Source: a virus (lineage: Duplodnaviria; Caudoviricetes). Taken from it: a stretch of 25,260 nucleotides of DNA. Under the pieces are notes generated by a model. It did not search any database and was not told where the DNA came from. It saw only the letters and a program-made list of their open reading frames with translations. A program made the position numbers and the translations under genes. Below, in pieces: positions 1-8,515 of the stretch. The stretch covers positions 1-25,260 of the IMG/VR virus record IMGVR_UViG_3300016357_000014. One strand, given 5' to 3'. Within the stretch, counting starts at the first letter, position 1. Every line of letters begins with the position of its first letter.

Positions 1-551
1 AACCTGCTGATGATGACGAGCCTGGGAGTGACGATGAACCAAGTGAGGAAAATGAACTTGAGCCCAGCGATGACGATGAACCAGGTGATGAGGATGAACC
101 TGATGAAGAAGCGCAAATGGCCGAGCCCACGGGAGACACTGTTGATGAGGCTGCACGGGGTGGAGATAGCATTGAGGAACTTGAGGATGACACTGAGCCA
201 GCCCCCACGCCCAAAAAGCAAAAGAAGGTCAAAGTCAAGAAGGTCAAAGCGCCAACGAAGGCTGAGCTAGAACGGGCAGAAACTGGCCCCACACGCTATG
301 AAAAAATGATCAAGTATGGTGCCACCAAAAACCGCTATGGCATCTATGAAGGCACCAAAGCCCATGACACCATCATGATGCTTGAGAAGGGTGCCAGCAT
401 GGCTGAAATCAGGGATGCCGTAGGGGACACCAAGTACAACCTGAAAAAGGCATTGGAAAAGGCTGGACACCAAATTGTGAAAGAGGGCAGGAAATTCGTC
501 CTGACCCACAAGGATGATGTTGGCAAAAAACCAAAGGGTAAGAAAAAGTGA
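1..551 (+). CDS. 5'-partial protein with an acidic low-complexity N-terminus, Lys-rich linker and probable C-terminal winged-helix DNA-binding domain
   Basis: The frame of ORF 117..551 is open back to the window edge (PADDDEPGSDDEPSEENELEPSDDDEPG...), so the real start is upstream. It continues KKQKKVKVKKVK and GTKAHDTIMMLEKGASMAEIRDAVG...LEKAGHQIVKEGRKFVL, an HTH/wing-like pattern. Confidence 0.6.
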   Translation, partial: PADDDEPGSDDEPSEENELEPSDDDEPGDEDEPDEEAQMAEPTGDTVDEAARGGDSIEELEDDTEPAPTPKKQKKVKVKKVKAPTKAELERAETGPTRYEKMIKYGATKNRYGIYEGTKAHDTIMMLEKGASMAEIRDAVGDTKYNLKKALEKAGHQIVKEGRKFVLTHKDDVGKKPKGKKK

Positions 552-745
552 CCCAAGGCTTCAAGTCAATGAAGCCGCACCATTACATAGCGGGCGGCAA
601 AAAGGCCAACACCGCTAAGCCCCGCAGTCGTGCCAAAATAGAGCGCATGATTGCAGGGCTTGAGCGGCATATTGAGCAAAACCCCTATGATGATGAGGCT
701 AGGAAACGTCTAACCAACGCCAAGCAGAGGCTCCGTGCTCTATAA
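548..745 (+). CDS. hypothetical basic protein (65 aa)
   Basis: The GTG start overlaps the upstream stop (GTGA), and the ORF fills the gap in a tightly coupled operon. Confidence 0.6.
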   Translation: MTQGFKSMKPHHYIAGGKKANTAKPRSRAKIERMIAGLERHIEQNPYDDEARKRLTNAKQRLRAL

Positions 746-1631
746 GAAGTATGATAAAACCAGCGGGAAAACTTTATATAGGACCCGCCCACTCCTCATC
801 AGCGCACATGAAGCTTATACCCGCCCACAACAGGGCAAAGCTTGGTTCGCCACTACTACTACGGTGTGGAGAGTTGATGAATTGATACGGCGCAGCGTGC
901 GTGATTGGCGCAGGCTGTTTGGTGAGGATGGCCACACGGGTACCCGTGCGGAAACCATGAGGGGCGACCATGATAGTGTTTACACCGGCACGCATTCGGT
1001 ATTTCCGGCACCTTTGGCTGAATGGGTGTACCTACGTTATGGTGGCCCTGTTGGCAGTACCATTATTGATGCTTTTGCTGGCGGGCCTGTTCGTGGTGCT
1101 GTGGGCGGCCTTATGGGGTATAAGTATACAGGTATTGAAATCAGGCAGGCACAAATAAATGAGAACCTCACAGTTTTACGCGATTTGGGCCTTACTGGCT
1201 GTAAATACGTGCTTGCTGATGGTAGGTTTGTTGACAAACTGGAACGTAAACAGGGTTTTGATTTTGCTTTCTCTTGCCCTCCTTATTATAACCTTGAGAA
1301 GTATTCTGACTTAGCTGAAGATCTCAGCAACATGAAGACTTACCGTGAGTTCAATCATGCCATGCTGCAATGTGCAGTGGGGCATATGGAAGTACTTAAA
1401 CCCGGCGCTTTCATGTGCATTGTGGTGGGGCCATTCCGTGACAAGGACGGAGAATTAATTGATTTCCCAGGCCACACAATTCAAAACTTTAAAGAGGCTG
1501 GGTTCACTTACTGGCAACAGGTGGTACTGAGCAAGAACTTTGCCAGTGCCGCCAAGCGTTCAACCAACTCATGGCGTGGCCAAAAGCTGGTTCCTATCCA
1601 TGAGTTCTTATTGGTGTTCAAAAAGCCATGA
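735..1631 (+). CDS. orphan amino-type (N4-C/N6-A) SAM-dependent DNA methyltransferase
   Basis: SAM-binding motif I IIDAFAGG, motif II YTGIEI, and catalytic motif IV-like FSCPPYY, with motif I before motif IV. Confidence 0.8.
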   Translation: MLYKKYDKTSGKTLYRTRPLLISAHEAYTRPQQGKAWFATTTTVWRVDELIRRSVRDWRRLFGEDGHTGTRAETMRGDHDSVYTGTHSVFPAPLAEWVYLRYGGPVGSTIIDAFAGGPVRGAVGGLMGYKYTGIEIRQAQINENLTVLRDLGLTGCKYVLADGRFVDKLERKQGFDFAFSCPPYYNLEKYSDLAEDLSNMKTYREFNHAMLQCAVGHMEVLKPGAFMCIVVGPFRDKDGELIDFPGHTIQNFKEAGFTYWQQVVLSKNFASAAKRSTNSWRGQKLVPIHEFLLVFKKP

Positions 1632-1840
1632 ACAAGCGCAAATATTATCTTAGCACAATGATGCAGGATACAACAGGCGATATCTTAGCTGTGATTAGCC
1701 TAGGCTCACCACAAAAGGGAGATAAGGAGGTGGTGGTCTGTGACGTTGAGCGTTGCAAAACCAAGGCTGAAGCTGAGGCTTGGTTCCGTCAGCAAATGAT
1801 GCTGAAGCCATGGGAGGATGAATTAGATGAAACGTGTTGA
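1628..1840 (+). CDS. hypothetical protein (70 aa)
   Basis: ATGA overlap with the methyltransferase stop; its 3' end contains the GGAGG RBS of the next gene. Confidence 0.6.
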   Translation: MNKRKYYLSTMMQDTTGDILAVISLGSPQKGDKEVVVCDVERCKTKAEAEAWFRQQMMLKPWEDELDETC

Positions 1841-2864
1841 GTTAGTGAAAACCTTAGAACTGCTGAAACCGGCCCTTGCAGACAATAACATGGTGCCGGT
1901 TTATCAATGCTTCATGTTCAGCGGTGAGACGGTAACCGCTACCAATGACCAGATAGCCATCATTGCCAAGTGCAAAACTGAGCAACCATTCGCCGTCAAA
2001 GGTGACATCCTATTTGGCCTTCTATCCAATAGCCGGGCTGAGGACGTGACCTTCACGCTTGAAACTCATGACTGTGTGATCAAGGCCGCTAAGAGCACAT
2101 GGCGGCTGCCTTACCTCTATAAGGATGCGTTTTTATTTGAAGACCCCAAATTTAGCACCGATACGCGCCTGCCAATAGATGCTGAATTTTTAGAAGGCTT
2201 ACAGGCTTGCTTGCTCACATCATCAAAAGATAATACGCAACCGGCGCTGATGGGGGTGACCCTACATGGTGGGGCAACCTTGTTTAGCTGTGATGGTGAT
2301 GCAGTGACCCGCAGCGTTCAACGGGTTCAAGGCAATAATGAACCTGACAGGTTGATGCCTAATGGTTTCTGTGAGGCAGTGGTGAAGGTAGCAATTGATA
2401 GTAAGGCTAAGTCAGGGTCCCTATTGCTTGGCGGTGAATGGGTTAGTGCCGTATTCAGTAGTGGTTATCTGGTCTACGGGCGCATCGTCAAAGTTGACAA
2501 ACCTATTGATCATAACAAGCTGATCAGCGATACCCTAACCGTGAAGAACGCGCGGCCAAAATACCAACCTATACCTAAGGGTTTAGACAACGCATTATCG
2601 CGCGCCAGGGTAGTGGCTGACCCTGAAACCGGCAAAACCGTATTGACTGTTGAAGGCAACCGGCTCAAGCTGACCACTGAGACTTCAGTAGGGGTGGTGA
2701 GGGACAGCGTACCCATCGGCAATCATGAACCGGTCACTGCGAATGTCAGTGCAGCGCTGGTGCAGCGCGCTATTTCTTTATGCGATAAAATAGCAATATT
2801 GGAAAACTGCTGTGCTTTCAATAGTAACAGCGGTCTATTCACACTCCTATCAAACATGAATTAA
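1827..2864 (+). CDS. dnaN: DNA polymerase sliding clamp, beta subunit-like
   Basis: 345 aa. N-terminus MKRVELVKTL...PVYQCFMF...VTATNDQIAI, plus TQPALMGV, SCDG and LDNALSRARVV, match beta-clamp patterns. GGAGG RBS, and it lies next to the polymerase and clamp loader. Confidence 0.85.
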   Translation: MKRVELVKTLELLKPALADNNMVPVYQCFMFSGETVTATNDQIAIIAKCKTEQPFAVKGDILFGLLSNSRAEDVTFTLETHDCVIKAAKSTWRLPYLYKDAFLFEDPKFSTDTRLPIDAEFLEGLQACLLTSSKDNTQPALMGVTLHGGATLFSCDGDAVTRSVQRVQGNNEPDRLMPNGFCEAVVKVAIDSKAKSGSLLLGGEWVSAVFSSGYLVYGRIVKVDKPIDHNKLISDTLTVKNARPKYQPIPKGLDNALSRARVVADPETGKTVLTVEGNRLKLTTETSVGVVRDSVPIGNHEPVTANVSAALVQRAISLCDKIAILENCCAFNSNSGLFTLLSNMN

Positions 2865-2868
2865 ACTT

Positions 2869-2954
2869 TGATGTAATTCCTGAAGGAGCGAGCTTGCGCT
2901 CCTGACAGTGCCTTGGCTAGTGTCATTAACTTGACGCATACCGGGGCTACATTA
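2869..2954 (+). promoter_or_regulatory. putative multi-stem RNA structure covering the polymerase translation initiation region
   Basis: 2869-2880 pairs with 2943-2954 (11 of 12 bp including G-U). Internal perfect 7-bp hairpin AGGAGCG/CGCTCCT (2884-2903) and a second hairpin closed by GACA/TGTC (2904-2924). Confidence 0.5.
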
Positions 2955-5626
2955 TGTCTTTCTTTTTCATCCAACGTGCCCGTAAAATTGCCAAATCACC
3001 GAAAACCCCCAAGTCACCCATAATACGAGAGCAAGCGCCAATGTTGCACAGGCTAGGTTGCAAAGCCTGCCCGCTTGATAAATGTGATGCACATACACCT
3101 AAAATGGCCCCCACCTATGGTGTCGGGCCATTGATGTTCTTAGCTGAAGCGCCGGGACGTGATGAAGATGAAAATACTGGCAGACCACTTACAGGTCCTA
3201 GCGGAAGTCTGCTACGTGGTTGTATTGCTGATAGTGGCGGTGACGATCATGCTGCTACTTATGACAACGTGGTAAACTGCCGCCCTGAAGGTAACCGCAC
3301 CCCTACATGGCAAGAAATTGAATGTTGCAGGCCGCGCCGCATCAAAGCTATTGAGCGGGTCAAGCCGTTGCTAATAGTAGGTCTAGGGGCAGTACCCCTT
3401 ACTATGATGCTTGGTACGTCTGATCTAGCCGGTTTGCGCGGCAGGCTGTTTGCCGTAAAAATAGGTGAACATGCCTGCTGGTTCATGCCAACATACCACC
3501 CTGCCTTCATCCTCAGGAACGCCAAGAACAGGCAATACCCGCTGAATAGCATGTTTGGCCACTGTTTCAGGATGGACATAGCCAAAGCCTGCGAAGCCGT
3601 TAAAACCCTAACCCCGCCAGTGATTGAAAATGAACAAAGTGCACGGGCTGATATAGAGATTTTTAGCGGGGATGGTGACTTTGAGCGTCTCATGGGTCTC
3701 ATGGCTAGAGCTAAAAGTGCAAAGGTTAAATCAATTGACCTTGAGACCAAAGGGCTCCGTCCTTATGCTGAAGATGCAGCTATTATGTCTATCGCTATCA
3801 GTTTCAATGCTAATGTCAATTTTGCGTTTGCAGTTAACCACCCTCAGGCTTTATGGGCGGTTGATGAGTTAGATGACATTTTAGCTGCCTTTGCCGACCT
3901 GCTCAAAGATGACACCCTCAAAATAGCCCATAACGCGCCGTTTGAATTGGAATGGCTGGCGTGGAAGTTTGGCCCTCACATCATCAATCATTGCGCTTGG
4001 GAATGCACCATGATGCAGGCGCACTTCCTTGATGAGCGCAAAGGCCAGTACCGTGACAATGACGGCCCGTCACGCTATCAAGGCTTGGATTTCCTCATAC
4101 AGCAACATTTTGGTTTGGCATTTAAACAATTATTTAAAACCAACAAGAAGGATCAGTCCAAAACTGACCTTAATGAACTGCTTACCTACAATGCCTGCGA
4201 CACTAAATACACCCTGCGCCTTTACCATAAGCAGAGGCTGGCGTTGGGGACCAATGGTGACCGGGCCGCCTATAAGCTGGCAGTACTCCAGCAACCCACC
4301 GTGGCCCTGATGCAACACATAGGCGTGCCCGTTCATCAACAGGCTATCAAGGAGGCTCAAAGCAAGCTGGGCCGGGAAATTGAAGCCATTGAGTACAACA
4401 TTCACAACATGAAGGTAGTCAAGGAATTTGGGCTGGATAATAAAGGCGGCTACAACCCCGCCTCACAGCAAGACACCCTGCGCATATTCCGTGACTACCT
4501 GAAATGCCCTGAAGTACTGGTAACGCCGACGCACGGGGATGTACATGACTATAACAAACCATCAAAAAGCAAAAGGGTGCTTGAGATCAAACCACGTTAC
4601 TCAGTTGACAAGCACGTATTGGAGCAAATTGACCACCCGCTGGCCAAGCTCATGCTCAATTGGCGCAACCGCACCAAGCTCAAGTCAACCTATCTGGATG
4701 GTTTGCAAATTTACCCTGATGGCAGCCTTCACACTAATTTCAACACCACTGGAACTGAAACCGGTAGGCTCAGTAGCGATGAGCCAAATTTACAAAACTT
4801 TCCCAAGCGGAATGATGCCTGGGTGCGAAGCGCCATCATCCCACCCAGGGGTAGTGTTATGGTGGCCATTGATTATGGCCAACTTGAAGCCTGTACTGGA
4901 GCCATGTGCAGCAAGGATCTATATCTCTGCAAAGCCCTATGGGATGACTACGACATCCATATGGATTGGGCAAGGCTACTAGATAAGAAAATGCCTGGGT
5001 TACGCAATGGCCTTGACATGAAGAAATTCAGGTCATTGGTCAAAAACAAGCTGGTATTCCCAGCCTTCTATGGTGCCAGTGCCAAGTCAATAGCCGGTTA
5101 CCTAACAGGTGCTTTTGGCTGCGAAGTAACAGAGTTCTTTGTTGATGATGTGTTAGATAAGTTTTGGCATGTACTCAGCGGCATGAAGCGCTGGCAGGAT
5201 AAACTGGTCAAGCAATACTATGAAGTAGGCTATGTGACTACATTAGGGGGTCGCAAGCACCGCTACCCTCTCAACCCCAATCAAGTGATCAACCATCCTT
5301 TCCAGGGTACCGCCGCTGAGCTAGTTAGTGATGCCATGGTGCGCCTGAGCTATTTGGCAGCGCAAACCGGGCAATGGTTTTTGCACCCAATACTCAACAT
5401 CCATGATGATATTTCCTACTTTTTACCAAAAGATAAATTAGAACAAAGTTTGGAGGTAATAATAAAGGAAATGCTGACCTTTGATTTTGAATGGGTTAAT
5501 GTTCCACTATCAGTGGAAGTGTCGGTAGGGCCAAATTGGTTTGATATGAAGTCATTGGGAAAGTTTTGGTCACATAGAGAGTTCGGGTACCCAAGTGAAA
5601 CGCAAACAGGCACCAAGTTACGCTAA
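2954..5626 (+). CDS. polA: family A DNA polymerase with N-terminal family 4 uracil-DNA glycosylase domain and 3'-5' exonuclease
   Basis: UDG: CKACPL, LAEAPG..ED..GRP..GPSG, NVVNCRP..NRTP...EIECC, TYHPA. Exonuclease: IDLETKG, IAHNAPFE, YNACD. Polymerase: TETGRLSS..PNLQN, motif A IDYGQLE, motif B RSLVKNKLVFPAFYG, NHPFQGTAA, motif C IHDDI. Confidence 0.95.
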   Translation: MSFFFIQRARKIAKSPKTPKSPIIREQAPMLHRLGCKACPLDKCDAHTPKMAPTYGVGPLMFLAEAPGRDEDENTGRPLTGPSGSLLRGCIADSGGDDHAATYDNVVNCRPEGNRTPTWQEIECCRPRRIKAIERVKPLLIVGLGAVPLTMMLGTSDLAGLRGRLFAVKIGEHACWFMPTYHPAFILRNAKNRQYPLNSMFGHCFRMDIAKACEAVKTLTPPVIENEQSARADIEIFSGDGDFERLMGLMARAKSAKVKSIDLETKGLRPYAEDAAIMSIAISFNANVNFAFAVNHPQALWAVDELDDILAAFADLLKDDTLKIAHNAPFELEWLAWKFGPHIINHCAWECTMMQAHFLDERKGQYRDNDGPSRYQGLDFLIQQHFGLAFKQLFKTNKKDQSKTDLNELLTYNACDTKYTLRLYHKQRLALGTNGDRAAYKLAVLQQPTVALMQHIGVPVHQQAIKEAQSKLGREIEAIEYNIHNMKVVKEFGLDNKGGYNPASQQDTLRIFRDYLKCPEVLVTPTHGDVHDYNKPSKSKRVLEIKPRYSVDKHVLEQIDHPLAKLMLNWRNRTKLKSTYLDGLQIYPDGSLHTNFNTTGTETGRLSSDEPNLQNFPKRNDAWVRSAIIPPRGSVMVAIDYGQLEACTGAMCSKDLYLCKALWDDYDIHMDWARLLDKKMPGLRNGLDMKKFRSLVKNKLVFPAFYGASAKSIAGYLTGAFGCEVTEFFVDDVLDKFWHVLSGMKRWQDKLVKQYYEVGYVTTLGGRKHRYPLNPNQVINHPFQGTAAELVSDAMVRLSYLAAQTGQWFLHPILNIHDDISYFLPKDKLEQSLEVIIKEMLTFDFEWVNVPLSVEVSVGPNWFDMKSLGKFWSHREFGYPSETQTGTKLR

Positions 5627-6104
5627 ATTGCGGGCGTACTATCAGTACGACCCTATCACCGGTTTGTTCTGGCACCTCCGCAATACCGGGCGTGGGCGCA
5701 TAGGGCAACAAGCAGCTGTACGACCCCGTCCAGATGGGTATTACAGTATTGCAATTGACGGTATTTGGTACTTAGCCCACCACATAGCGTGGTATTATAT
5801 CTATGCTGACTGGCCAGATGAAATTGACCATCAAAATAGGCAGCGCGGTGACAACCGGCTAGATAATCTTAGGGTTGCTCAGCGCTTTCAAAACAATGGC
5901 AACAGTGATGGCTGGTCACAAGCAAAGCGTACTCACAAATTGCCACGAGGGGTTTATCATCATATTGCAAAGCACCGCCCTTACAGGGCGCAGATTGTCG
6001 CTCATAAACGTCAAGTCCACCTTGGGTGCTTCAAAACGGTAGCTGACGCACAAGCGGCATATAGGCGTGCCGCCAGAAAGCATTTCAGGGAATTCTTCAA
6101 ATGA
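5595..6104 (+). CDS. free-standing HNH homing endonuclease with C-terminal AP2-like DNA-binding domain
   Basis: YDPITGLF, YLAHHIAW, IDHQN....DNRLDNLR (HNH_3 type); RGVY...YRAQI......HLGCF.T...A..AY (AP2). Overlaps the polymerase 3' end. Confidence 0.9.
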   Translation: MKRKQAPSYAKLRAYYQYDPITGLFWHLRNTGRGRIGQQAAVRPRPDGYYSIAIDGIWYLAHHIAWYYIYADWPDEIDHQNRQRGDNRLDNLRVAQRFQNNGNSDGWSQAKRTHKLPRGVYHHIAKHRPYRAQIVAHKRQVHLGCFKTVADAQAAYRRAARKHFREFFK

Positions 6105-7045
6105 GTTTGGGTACCCTGTACAGACCCGTCAGTTTTGAGCAGGTGATTGGACAGCAAGCCGCTGTCAGTACCCTCAAACACGCGGTCAAGCATAACAACA
6201 CTCACAGCTTCCTGCTGTGCGGTCAATCAGGCGTAGGCAAAACCACGCTGGCCCGCATCATGGCTACTATCTTCACCAATGGGAATGGCACCGCACTCAA
6301 TATTAATGAAATAGCCGCCGCTGACCACACCGGCGTGGACGCCATGCGCGCTGTGATCCGCGATTTGCAACTCAGGGCTATGGGTGCATCACCTATCAAA
6401 TCAATCATCCTTGATGAGTGTCACCGGTTATCAGGGAGTGCATGGGATGTCTTGCTTAAGCCGATTGAGGAACCGCCGTCGCATGTGTATTGGTTCCTGT
6501 GCACCACGGAACCAGGGAGGGTGCCTAAAACCATCCAAACACGCTGCGCCCGCGTTGACCTCAAACCGGTTGGTGAGCAGCAGCTCTTTGACCTACTTTG
6601 TAAAGTCGCTGATGCTGAAAAGCTGACTACCCCTGATGCCATACTTGAGGCTATAGCTGAGGGATCAAACGGCTCACCGCGTCAGGCGCTTACCTTCCTA
6701 GAAAGTTGTGGGCACCTCCAATCAGTCAATGAAGCCCGGTTGGCCATGCGTTCAGGTGGTCAAAGCCGTGAAGCCATTGACCTTTGCCGCTTCCTTGTGG
6801 GGGGCAGAGGCCATACGTGGGCAGAGGCGATGAAATACGCTCAGGCACTGGAGGGTGTTGACAGTGAAGGGGTGCGCATTACAGTAGTAAATTATTTGAG
6901 TAGTGTCTTGTTGAACACAAAAGACAACCAAAAGGCAATAGGCTTGCTGCGGCTAATGGAGCCGTTTCTGAAGCCTTTCCCTACTAGTGACCGCATGGGA
7001 CCGTTATTGCATTCACTGGGTTTGGCACTGGGGCTTGATCAATGA
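6101..7045 (+). CDS. dnaX: clamp loader AAA+ ATPase, DnaX (gamma/tau)-like
   Basis: LYRPVSFEQVIGQ, Walker A GQSGVGKT, Walker B IILDECH, LLKPIEEPP, SRC-like QTRC, sensor 2 GSPRQAL. Confidence 0.92.
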   Translation: MSLGTLYRPVSFEQVIGQQAAVSTLKHAVKHNNTHSFLLCGQSGVGKTTLARIMATIFTNGNGTALNINEIAAADHTGVDAMRAVIRDLQLRAMGASPIKSIILDECHRLSGSAWDVLLKPIEEPPSHVYWFLCTTEPGRVPKTIQTRCARVDLKPVGEQQLFDLLCKVADAEKLTTPDAILEAIAEGSNGSPRQALTFLESCGHLQSVNEARLAMRSGGQSREAIDLCRFLVGGRGHTWAEAMKYAQALEGVDSEGVRITVVNYLSSVLLNTKDNQKAIGLLRLMEPFLKPFPTSDRMGPLLHSLGLALGLDQ

Positions 7046-7512
7046 ATGTTGATGAGTTCAGAGATTATTTGAAAATTGACAAGCTAGGGCTTGATATAAA
7101 TCTGTCTCAGCAGCCCAGCCTATTGTTTGCCGTCAGTGAAGCCTGTGAACAGGCATTGGCACTGCGCGACAAATTGAAGGATGACATAGGTATCTGTGAG
7201 GCCAACTTGGACCTGACGTACCGTCAAACTATGACAAACTATACCGAAGGCAAGATCAAAAGCCTGGTCCTTACTGATAAAGCCCGCCGTTCCGCCATTA
7301 CCGCCTATAACAATCAACGGGCAAAAGCCGGTCAATTGCTGGCACTCAAGGACGCTTTCAAGGAAAGGGGCTACATGCTGCGTGAAATGTGCAGCCTGTA
7401 CGTCTCAAACTACTTTGAACGTAATTCAAGCAGGCCAACAGTAGACACTGACACAGTAGCGTACAACCAGCGCAAGGCTAAGATTGCGGCGGTACGCAGG
7501 GAAACAACTTAG
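7042..7512 (+). CDS. uvsY: UvsY-like recombination mediator protein
   Basis: Helical 156 aa protein. LKIDKLGL, YTEGKIKSLVLTDK and LKDAFKERGYML resemble T4 UvsY segments as recalled (FIDSTKL, YEKSEMKTVLSADK, LDAIKSRGFAI). Sits next to the SSB and recombinase genes. Confidence 0.7.
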   Translation: MNVDEFRDYLKIDKLGLDINLSQQPSLLFAVSEACEQALALRDKLKDDIGICEANLDLTYRQTMTNYTEGKIKSLVLTDKARRSAITAYNNQRAKAGQLLALKDAFKERGYMLREMCSLYVSNYFERNSSRPTVDTDTVAYNQRKAKIAAVRRETT

Positions 7513-7540
7513 GCAACCACAGGGTAGGAGGATCTATACC

Positions 7541-8515
7541 ATGGTTAAGGAACGCAGCTTCACGTATAAGCCCCGCAGCTATGAGCAAATGAAAGCTCAT
7601 ATCAACTCACGGGGTGGCGGCTTTGATAGTTACATCAAACCCCAATACAAGATGTACAAGGTCAAGGATGGCAAGAACCTGATACGCATCCTGCCACCAC
7701 CCAGTGGTGACTGGGACCACTATGGCCTGAAAATCTTTGTCAACTATGGTGTAGGTCCTGATAGGCAAAGTTATCTCAGCCTATCAAGGATGCTGAACAA
7801 GCGTGACCCGCTGGCTGAAGCCCGCGTTGAGGCTGACCGTGCAGGTAATGAGCAATATGCCCGTGACCTGGCTCCAAAGGAGCGAACCCTATTCTGGCTG
7901 ATTGACCGTGATGATGAGGATGCAGGGCCGCAATTGTGGGCCTGCCCCAAAACCGTTGATAAGGACTTCATGACGCTGTCAATTGATGATGACACCCAAA
8001 AGGTCATTGCCATCGATGACCCCAAGAAAGGGCGGGATGTACGCTTTCACCGTGAAAAAACCGGCAAAACCTACCCTGAATACCCAGCCGCCAAAATAAA
8101 GCTGTTAGAACCATCACCGCTTCATGAGGATGAGGATAAAAGTGAGGGATGGATAAAATACATTATGCAGAACCAACTGCAAGATACGCTAAATTACTAT
8201 GACTATGATCACATAGCTCAAGTTTTCAATGGCCACAGCAAACCCAAGGAGGAGGCTGATGAAAGTAAGCCAACCCATAGCCGGAAGGCTGAGCCAGATG
8301 ATGCAGAGGCTGAGGAACCTCCATTTGAACCAGATGAGCCAAAGCCCAAAAGCCGTACCAGACCAGTGGTTAAAGAGCCTGAAGATGATGAAGGTGATGA
8401 GGAACCGGCACCGCGCCGCCGCCGTACTGCGGCAAGTGATGAAGATGAGGCAGAACTCAGCATCGGTCAGCGCCTCCAAAGGCGGCGGGAGTCACAGACG
8501 GATGATGACTGCTGA
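7541..8515 (+). CDS. single-stranded DNA-binding protein, T4 gp32-like
   Basis: ATG 7541 follows a strong AGGAGG RBS. GKNLIRILPP, IDDPKKGRDV and a long acidic C-terminal tail. Lies between the UvsY-like and RecA-like genes. Confidence 0.75.
   Translation: MVKERSFTYKPRSYEQMKAHINSRGGGFDSYIKPQYKMYKVKDGKNLIRILPPPSGDWDHYGLKIFVNYGVGPDRQSYLSLSRMLNKRDPLAEARVEADRAGNEQYARDLAPKERTLFWLIDRDDEDAGPQLWACPKTVDKDFMTLSIDDDTQKVIAIDDPKKGRDVRFHREKTGKTYPEYPAAKIKLLEPSPLHEDEDKSEGWIKYIMQNQLQDTLNYYDYDHIAQVFNGHSKPKEEADESKPTHSRKAEPDDAEAEEPPFEPDEPKPKSRTRPVVKEPEDDEGDEEPAPRRRRTAASDEDEAELSIGQRLQRRRESQTDDDC

Noticed and set aside
10-270. 86 aa Met-rich ORF
   Set aside because: Out-of-frame shadow of the GAT/GAA-rich acidic gene.
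2879-2925. Hammerhead ribozyme suggested by CTGAAGGA followed by hairpins
   Set aside because: The core needs CUGANGA and GAAA. Here the sequences are CUGAAGG and GACA, so it is kept only as a generic structure.
2954-5626. Intein or intron in the polymerase, or a dZ-specific (DpoZ) polymerase
   Set aside because: The motifs are contiguous with no splicing signatures, and no purZ or other base-modification gene is present in the window.
7484-7540. TTG start for the SSB
   Set aside because: ATG 7541 has a strong AGGAGG RBS, and the extension overlaps the upstream gene.
8229-8501. 136 aa ORF overlapping the SSB tail
   Set aside because: Shadow frame of the acidic tail. Only the last 45 codons are plausible as a gene.
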